A stretch of DNA of 64,000 nt. Origin: Eledone cirrhosa. Its lineage: Eukaryota. The notes under the pieces were generated by a model. That model had not been told where the DNA came from and made no database searches. It saw only the letters and a list, made by a program, of their open reading frames with translations. Made by a program: the position numbers and the translations under genes. This document shows positions 54,851-64,000 of the stretch, in pieces (the stretch's first letter is position 1; the number at the start of each line of letters is the position of its first letter). The stretch lies in assembly GCA_964016885.1 (NCBI GenBank), contig OZ024741.1:65968001-66032000 (forward strand). The letters are read 5' to 3'.

Positions 54851-55234
54851 CTAAGTCACCATCTCGATGTTCAAAGAGGAGTTGAAGGCATTTTAAACTA
54901 CGTCTTTTAATTCTTCTTCATACCAAATTAATTGAAACCACCTCAAGTTTTATGGTTCAATGCTGTTTCAATGCTATTTGTTTGAAAGTGTTTATATTTA
55001 TTTAAAAAATAAATTAAAACCCTTCTTGCATAATTTTATATACAAATCTTTAAGTTATGATGCAAACACCAGGTGAATAATGAGAAAGTTAGTTATATCA
55101 CTACACTCCTCCAAATTTTTGATTATTTAAAAAAATTAATTGAAAATAGGTAACGGAAGGATTAACAATGAATCAAGGAATACTTCATACAATTGGAAAG
55201 AATATTATACCAACTGTAAAGGAAGCAATATGGT

Positions 55235-55518
55235 GGAGGCGCATGGCCTAGTGGTAAGGGTGTTGGACTTACAATCATAGGACCAACATTGAAGCAACAT
55301 GAAATGAAATGAAATGTCGTAAGTTTGATTCCTGGACTGGTTTGGTTGCTGTGTTTTTGAGCAAAACATTTCATTTCATGTTGCTCTAGTTGGGGGTTTA
55401 ACCCTGTGATGGACTGGCATCCTGTCCAGGGGGGAGTCTTGTACTCTCAGACACTTAACGCCACAGAAATTTGGATAAGCACCAGCCTGATGAGCCTCTG
55501 GGCTCAAAACAGACTTTA
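55235..55518 (+). mobile_element. tRNA-derived SINE with a different 3' half (related 3' part at 49986-50143, -)
   Basis: tggcctagtgg A box; aaccctgtgatggactggcatcctgtccagggg; ends cagacttta. Confidence 0.72.
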
Positions 55519-56447
55519 GAAACAGAAGTAATATAAACTGTTATGAAGAATAACTCTGAACCTATTCTCTAGGTTATTCACCTGGAACAATACAATACAA
55601 TACAATGCAATATTTACGAGACCTAGACAACAGATGTTAAAGAGACGATCATTTCAGAAATCAATAGTGTAAGCTTTCCATCCAGCTGGGCAGGCTAATA
55701 TTTAGGGCTATGGCCCTGCTGGTTTGTATTTTCCCAAGATACACTGCATAAATAGTGCCCTACAACCCTGGAGGATCAGAGGAAAAGTGAAGTGAGCTAA
55801 ATAGGGCTGTATAATTTACTGCAGTCCCAGGAAAATAAATTCACTGTTAATGAATTTCTCTTTGGAAAAAAGCTTAACTTAACATCCAGCAGAAATATCT
55901 AAAAACCAGCTTGATAATTCAAATGTTTATAGTATCTTTACTGGTGGACAGAATATTATGAAACTGTACATTAGCATCTTGTAATTATTTAGCAGAAATA
56001 TCTAAAAACTAGTTTGATACTTCAAATGTTTATAGTATCTTTACTGGTGGACAGAATATTGTGAAACTGTTCAGTAAACTAAAATAAATACTTTAATTTA
56101 TAATGTGATGCAGCCATAATACTATTTCACGCACTTGCACACACAAGTGTATTTAAATAATAATTTAATAAAACCTTTTTAAATAATAGAAAAAATTAAA
56201 TGAAAATATCAATAAATTATGCCACATACAGTAAAAATAATGAATAGAAAAATTTAAAAAAAAGGAAGAGTTAACATTGGTGTAAAGATACAGCTGTACT
56301 GGTTACAGACAAAATAGTTTTCTGGCAATAGACTGTTTGATTATTCATAGTTTTGTTTTGTCTATGAAGAAGAGTCTGCCAGAAATCGTTTATCTATCTT
56401 TATATCTATATTATATGTGTGTGTGTGGATATCTATGCATATATATG

Positions 56448-56482
<35 letters not shown>

Positions 56483-56943
56483 GCATATATAATGCATATA
56501 TATGCATATATACATATCTATATAGGTGCATATGTTTATCTAAGCATATACACATATACATAGGCATGTAGGTATATGTATGTGTGTATATATATATCAT
56601 CATTATCATTGCCATTTAACATTCATTTTTCTATGCTAGCATGGGTTAGACGAGTGGCCTGTCGTGAAAAATGCCAGGTCAGGTGACCATGTCTTGCTCA
56701 TACAGAACTGTTTCTGGCTTGGTTTCTATGGCTGGAGCCCTTCCTTAATGCCAACCACATTTACAGTGTGGACTGGGAGCCTTATAAATATGTAAGTGAG
56801 ATGCAGGCCCTCTAGCCCATCCAAGGAGTCAGTAGAGAGAGAGTGGAGGAGGGAAGTAAAATGTGGGTCCCCGGCCTTCTGAGCACTTAGTAGAGTTAGG
56901 AATGTGTGTAAGATGTGAGATGGGGATCCCTGGCCCATATTAA

Positions 56944-57163
56944 CCCTTTAGCATTTAAACTGGCTGTATCTGGCCAGAATTCTCTCACCTCTTTCTGTAC
57001 AAACCAGTTGTAACCGGCTGCTCATACTAACATTAAGGTATTGTTCTCAAAATAAATAATATCAAAATCTCATAGATTCGATATTATGTGAGATAATTAT
57101 GTGAGATAAAGCCTTTACTGTGAAAATATAATAGTAAATATAGAGTAAGTGAATGCTAAAGGG
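56944..57163. mobile_element. piggyBac-like MITE
   Basis: TTAA on both sides; TIR ccctttagcatt / aatgctaaaggg. Confidence 0.88.
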
Positions 57164-57702
57164 TTAATACTCAGAATGTGGGAACATATGTAAGGGAGAT
57201 GCAGGAGTTTTGGGTTCCCATCTCAGAGGTCAGTAGCTCAGCTAATGACTCATTCAATCCATGCTAGCAAGGAAAACAGGTTCTAAATTATGATGAAGCA
57301 AGGAAAACATTCTAAATGATGATGATGATGATGATGATGATGACGGTAGTGGTGGTGGTGAAGATGATGATGAGGAAGAGGCGGAGGAGGAGGAGGAGGT
57401 ACTCTTTGATGGTCATACATTCCAGAAATATCTTTAGTTGTAGAATATGTTCAAGAATGTCACTGTTGTTATTGATGTATTTGTTGTAGCTGTTTTAGTT
57501 GTTGTTGTTATTGTTGTGACCTGCTATTGTTGTATTTGTTGTTGTTTGTTGTTATCATTGTTCCTGTGAGTTACTAGTTGTTGTTGTTATCATCATTGTT
57601 GTTGCTGCTGCTGTTGTGATGGTGATTGTTGTTGTTGCAATAGATTGCTGTTGTTCTTGTGATTGTTCTTGTGATTTAATAGTTTTAATTATTATTATTT
57701 TT

Positions 57703-57762
<60 letters not shown>

Positions 57763-59538
57763 ATTGTTGTTGTTGTTGTTGTGACAGTGGGGGTGGAAAG
57801 CGTTGGGGATGTCTATGGTAGTGGTAATATTAATGATGGTGATGTTTCATACAAGAATGTCCATATTTATGTAATAAAATATAGGAAACATTTTTTTTAA
57901 AATCTCCAATGAACCTTTCCCTTAAGTATGAAGTTATGTGTAACTCCCAGGCTGGTCTGGCTGCAGAAAGTATGAGAGGTCAAATGCCAAAGATATTTTG
58001 GCTTCTAGCATTATTCTGCATCACAAATCAGCTGACAGGTGATCAAACCAATGAGAAAGCCTCTATGTGGTTGCTCCTCCCAGCTAGAAATAGCTGCAAA
58101 ATGTTCTTCAAATTATTACCCTAGAGTCATAGGTAGCAGAAACGACACATTAACCCCTTTCATTACAATATTTCTTGTAAAAGATACGGCCCATGGTTTT
58201 CAAATAATTTTGAAAATTGTCAAGAATTTAGAGGGATTTAATAATATAACTAGCCATCTTATTATAAAGCTGGTGTTTATAGCATAATATAACTTACATA
58301 GAAGTATGGCAGAAGGTGTTTAAATAAGTATGAACACTTTAAAACAAATACCATGTATCTGTGTGAGTATCATGACTCGTACACTGTTCCCTTTCCTGGA
58401 ATTTGTACATTATTCTATGTACTATACATGCACCTTTGATGAGTTGTAGTGCACCTGAGCACTGTACATAGTTATTTTCATTATTTTTTTATATAGCCTT
58501 GTAAAACAAGGGAGTTAGTTTACAATCAAATGGATTAAACATGCTTAGAATGTCTTTCATCACAGGTCTCTTGGATCAGAGCTGACCTGATACTAAATAA
58601 CAACTATTGCTATTTCGAGCCAACAAAGGGGTCGCTATATAGTTGTTTGGCCTGGTAGAAATAGCAGCCAAATCTCAATACAATACCAATCTAAAAAGAC
58701 AGCAACACAAATCAGAAAGGACACCTTATATACTATGGCTGAAAAGGAAAGAGACTATATACTCACTCACTGTTACTATTCCCTTAATTCCTTATAGAGT
58801 AATAGGGGTGCTGTCATAGTGATGGGGTCGCAGGGACAGGATTGTAGGAGTGCTGTGATAGGAAGGAAGTCAGAGGGCACTGTGATAGGGATGGAGTCGT
58901 AGCAGTGCTGTCTTTGGGATGGGATTGTAAGGGTGTCGTTAGAGATACAGGATTTAGAGATGTTGTCGTAGGGATGGAGTAATAGGGATACTGTAGTAGT
59001 ATTTGAAACCTGGCAGTGCCCACTTCTCTCTAGGCTTGACCACAAACAATTTCTAATAGAGAAGGAGGTGGAGATTCAATCCCAGTACTGGACTGGTTGG
59101 TCCTTTATCAACTCTGAAGGGATAAAAAGACAAAATTGATCTCAGCAGGACTTTGACTCAAAGTGTCAGAGAGTTGAAATGACTACAGTTAAGCATTCTA
59201 ACCATCACTCAACTGCTCTGCCATATCATTGCCTTATGTATCATATACAACGTCTAGGGGGAAAAAATTGGACGGTTACAGTTGGAACATCTTTGATCAA
59301 AAGTCTGCTTGATATGAATCAACTTATGGCTAAACAAAAACAGCTTTTCAAGACTGTGATGGGCATTTAATATAATTTTTATAATGACCAACCAACAAAC
59401 GAGTGTAACTCTACATGGTCAGGCAATTTTTTAAAATAGAAGTGAAATCTCCATCAACTCTAATGAAATACACTGTATTTGAATAACTTATTAGAGAATT
59501 TGGAGGTATTTAAAAATTATTAATTATTCCATTATTAA

Positions 59539-59746
59539 CCCTTTAGCATTTACATTACTCTATATTTACTATTGTATTTTCACAGTAAATGCTTTATATC
59601 ACATAATATCAAATCTATGAGATTTTGATATTATTTATTTTGAGAACAATACCTTAACATCAGTATGCGTGGCCAGTTATGGCCAGTTTGAACAGAAAGA
59701 GGTGAGAGAATTTTGACTGGATACGGCCAGTTTAAATGCTAAAGGG
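59539..59746. mobile_element. piggyBac-like MITE (opposite orientation)
   Basis: TTAA on both sides; same TIR and body. Confidence 0.88.
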
Positions 59747-61163
59747 TTAAGATGATATTTGGAACATAACAAAAATAAAATTATGTGGGAAGGTTATAAA
59801 TTTAAAAAGGAACCCTTTAAAATGGGCGGTTTTGTTTCATAGAACTAAGGGCAGATAACCGCGTTTTAGTATGAAAAAGGTTAAATAAATTAGTCCTATA
59901 TACTGCTAAAAAGACAGGTTGATTGTGGTTGTTATGCCTTTGATCATAGGTCTTCTCATCCAGATTTGACCTGGGGCTAAACAATAACAAAACAACCAGC
60001 CAAAATGCAGAAAGAAACTATTAATGACAGATTTGAATTGATGAACTTAATAATTAGTTAGATAATTAATTAATAACAAGAAATAAATATCTGTTAACAT
60101 GCTAAAATGTCAGAGTAAGTAGTGACATAAGGAAGAAAATAAGAGGAAAAAATAAAACCTATCTCACCTTTGCTACATGTAGTTACTTCTAATTAGCAGT
60201 TAAGTTAATTAGTAGCTCTTTTAATTAACAATATCTAAGGTTAATTACTGGTGCTGCTTCAGCTTAATTAACTGTGGAATAAATAGAGGTTTTGGTGTAT
60301 ATACACTGATGAGAGAGAGGAGGAGAGAGAGAGAGAGGTAAAGAGAGAGAGAGAAAGGTAGAGAGAGAGAAAGGTAGAGAGAGAAGAGAAAGAAAGAAAA
60401 GAGAGATGAGAGGGGATGGGGGGGAGAATGTGTGTGTCTAAGTAGATGTATGTATATGTGTGTAAAAGTGTAAATGTGGATATGTGTTCATGTTCAGTTG
60501 TCTGTGTGCAGTCTTAGTTGAATATGTGTGTGCATGCAAGTAAATGTGTGTCTGTGTGCTTATAGTCATGTGTGTGTGTGTGTGTTACAAGGTGGGTTGG
60601 GTGGTTTTTGTTATGATCCCACTATAGCCACTTTATATGGAGGTCATGGTACTTTTTGTTATGACAACCAGCACAATCCCCCTTACAGGCTGGACTGGGT
60701 GTTTTTTGTCATGGCACCAGCACAACCATCTTACAGAGATGACTGGGTGTTTCTTGTCATGGTACTAGTACTACCAACTTATAGGGTGGACAGGATGCTT
60801 TTTGTCAAGGCATCAGCATGATGTCCATATAGGGGAATTAAGCAGATGAGAGCAAACAGATAACCCTATCAAATTGTACCTGCATGATTTAAATATCTAT
60901 CAGGTCAAAATACAACACATGCAAACTGTACAGGTGCCACAGTGTACAGGCACTAACATTTGTGAAGCAGAGCCAGAGTTAGCCAACAATTCCCAGAACC
61001 AGCAGCTGTTCCAAAATCCAGATCTACATAGAAAAACAGAACATCATTAAATAAAGTAACCCCAGCAAACAAGCGGAAGGAGTGGCCCCTGTTTGCTAAT
61101 GTTAATTCCATCCTGGAAGCAACGACCAAAGCTGATGTTGATCACTTTATCCAGACATTATTA

Positions 61164-61200
<37 letters not shown>

Positions 61201-62048
61201 CATTATTAAGAGTCGGACACCATGCTTTGCAGCATAGAGTTACGGTCCTTTACGGTTAGAGTTCAAATCCCGCTGAGGTTAACTTTGCCTTTCATCCTTT
61301 TGTGCCAAAAGTAGAAACAATTATTATTATAAAGGTGAGGGACTGACAACATTTTTAGAGCATTGACACATACTAGGGTCAATTAATCCTTAAATCCACT
61401 AAACCATACCCCTAATGAATTAACCATTAATACTAATATTGTGAAGGCAAGTAGCTAAGGGGTTATGGTGTTTAGCTCACAATTGTAATGTCAGGAGTTT
61501 GATTCACAGCAGCTCCACACTTTATTTTATATTAGTCTAGTTCAGTCAGCTGGAAAAAATGAGTTATGCCTACAATTCAAAGAGCCAGCCTTGTCACAGT
61601 GTGTTACACAGAATCTTCTTGAGAACTATCTAAAAGGCTGCACATTAATTTCACAAGCAGGCAACTTCATTGTATGAACTAAAACACTTGTCATCAAAAC
61701 CGATAGAGCTCTAACAACACGCCAATATTAATACTGTTTGATATATTCCAAGCGTGGAAAAACAGATATAAAAACGATGATGATGATGATATTTCCTTGA
61801 GTTTTGAAGCAATTTAGTTCAGTGATAATAAGATCAAAAGTAAACATGCCAAAGCTATGTCCACATGGTTATACCATTATAGTGAAAACATCTTAAATAA
61901 TAAGACTTAGATTCTTTGGTCAAGTACTACCAGACATAGTGACTCCATTAATACTCTGTTATTGTTTTTACAGTAGAGAGAATGAACATGACAAAAGAAA
62001 CTAAAGAAAGACAAATCTAGACATTCATAGTTATCTATGCATGTCTAC

Positions 62049-62162
<114 letters not shown>

Positions 62163-62784
62163 CATATATAAATATATATGGGTATGCAGTTTAGAATAAG
62201 TACACAGTATCCCTGAGTGTCATAAACGACTAAAAGGATTGGTGTCAAGAAGGGCATCCAGCTGTAAAACATTGCCTCAAAAAGTCTCTCTAACTCATGC
62301 CAGTATGGGAAAGTCGACAGATAAATGATGATGATGATGATATATATATATACATGTATGTATGTACGTGTGTGTGTGTATATATATATTAAATGTAATT
62401 GAGAAAAAAAACCTGTTTATAGGAGTGCATGCCAGATAGACAAAATGTTTAAGTATTAGAGACTAATTAACCTTTAGAAAATATATATAGATAGATAGAT
62501 ACTGCAGAAAACCCATTTTCCTATGTGCACAGGATGAAAGAAACATGCAGAGGACACAAGTTTACATTAATCTCCTCCATACCCCTCCCCCCATTCATTC
62601 AACTCAGTTTTAATACCCCTCCCCCACTCACCAGCTAAATATCTTACCTTCTCTATATCGATTTTGCTTAAACGTTCCCCCACCAACCCTCACTCTTCAC
62701 CCCTGATACACCTCTCCTACACAACCCATGCATACAAGCATGGAAGGCTGAACAGGTTCCATGTCTGATCTCCTACAATGCTGC

Positions 62785-63250
62785 TGTTACAACAAAAAAG
62801 CACTAAGTCCACCCTGTATACATGAAGAAGAAAAAAAAGCTCCCAGCCCACCCTTTATGGTGTTCATGCTATGGACACAAGAAAAAAGCACCCAATCCAC
62901 CTTGTAATGGTGGTCATGCTGGTGTTACAAGAAAAAAAAGCACTTTGTCCACTCTGTGAGGTGGTTGTGCTGGAGACACAACAAAAAGTGCCCAGTCCAC
63001 CCAGTAAGGTGGTTGTGTTGATGACATGATGAAAAAGCACCCAGCCCACCCTATTAGATGGTCATTTTAGTGGCACAATAAAAAGCACCCTGTCAACATT
63101 GTAATGTGGTTGGATTATGAAGCAAGCAATAGAAACCAAGCCAAAATACAGATGTATGAGCAAGATGTGGCCACCTGACCTGATGTGTTTCATAATATGA
63201 CAACACATCTAACTCATGCAAGCATGGAAAAATAGATGTTAAATGATGAT
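62785..63250 (+). mobile_element. Old RTE 3' UTR with about 6 tandem ~60-bp subrepeats (related array at 60590-60820, -)
   Basis: Repeats of aaaaagcacccag.ccacc..taa.gtggt, ending in catggaaaaatagatgttaaatgatgat. Confidence 0.65.
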
Positions 63251-63251
63251 A

Positions 63252-63300
<49 letters not shown>

Positions 63301-63476
63301 AAAGTAATGAAATGAAAGGAGCTGTGTGGTTACTAAAAACAAGGTTTAGGATGGTGGTTAGGACGGAACAGGAAGAGAGAGGAAGAAAGGAGTTTCCATC
63401 GTCAGCTGTAAATCTATCCCGAACCGATGTTTCGGAGCTGAATTACAGGACATATATAACATCATCATTATCATAG

Positions 63477-63631
63477 ACGCCATGCTTTCCAGCATAGTTA
63501 CGTCCCTTTACGATCTGAGTTCAAATCCCGCCGAGGTTGACTTTGCCTTTCATCCTTATGGGGTCGATAAAATAAAGTACCAGTAATACACTGGGTAATT
63601 GCTGGCCTTGTGCCTAAAGTAGAAACAATTA
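63477..63631 (+). mobile_element. S1 SINE (another partial copy at 61210-61323)
   Basis: S1 motif. Confidence 0.8.
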
Positions 63632-63874
63632 TCATAGCTGTCATTTTTATGGCTGTTTTTCCCATGCTTGCATGGGTTGGACAGGACCTTTCAGATAGGT
63701 TATTTATGATTGTCTTTCCTGACACCAGCTCATATTTTAATCTATCAATGGTATATGCCACTGACATTCACCAATCCCTTATAGTGCAGATAATAGTGTT
63801 TATGAGGGACATAAACAACTGTCACTACTCAGCACAACATATTACATTAGTAGTGACACATGCATTTGTCACCC

Positions 63875-63953
<79 letters not shown>

Positions 63954-64000
63954 TTTGTTTGTGTGCATGTTCTGGCAGTCTTGCTGCACACATGCACACA

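Noticed and set aside
55484-55515. cctgatgagcctctgggctcaaaac as a hammerhead
   Set aside because: No GAAA after stem II; it is the terminal gagcc/ggctc hairpin of a SINE tail.
55888-56072. ~103-bp tandem duplication
   Set aside because: An ordinary local duplication with no further structure.

Overview
AT-rich eukaryotic repeat DNA with no recognisable host gene. The SINE and RTE families suggest an octopus or other cephalopod (inference, not verified). Positions 1-47 kb are a nest of retroelements inserted into long interrupted (TA)n tracts. They include two intact, near-identical ~800-aa Penelope-like element (PLE) ORFs (RT plus C-terminal GIY-YIG, Hydra-clade-like), a third PLE family with one nonsense mutation, two other GIY-YIG remnants, several RTE LINE copies whose RT carries an inserted C4HC3 PHD-like finger, a CR1/L2-group remnant and a CRE-like remnant followed by an 8x48-bp array. 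About 14 hammerhead ribozyme (HHR) motifs from at least 7 sequence families can be read by eye, many with palindromic stem III and some with non-canonical cores. The most striking pattern is that about a dozen insertions from 6 unrelated families share a two-armed architecture: two oppositely oriented arms, each ending outward in (TA)n, one at a short and one at a long terminus, both downstream of the predicted HHR cleavage site where one is visible. A 262-bp near-perfect direct repeat brackets a 19.2-kb block of retroelements. Positions 47-64 kb are older SINEs, hAT- and piggyBac-like MITEs and microsatellites. Most ORFs in the supplied track are microsatellite artefacts. All alignments and RNA folds were done by eye; family labels A-G are my own.
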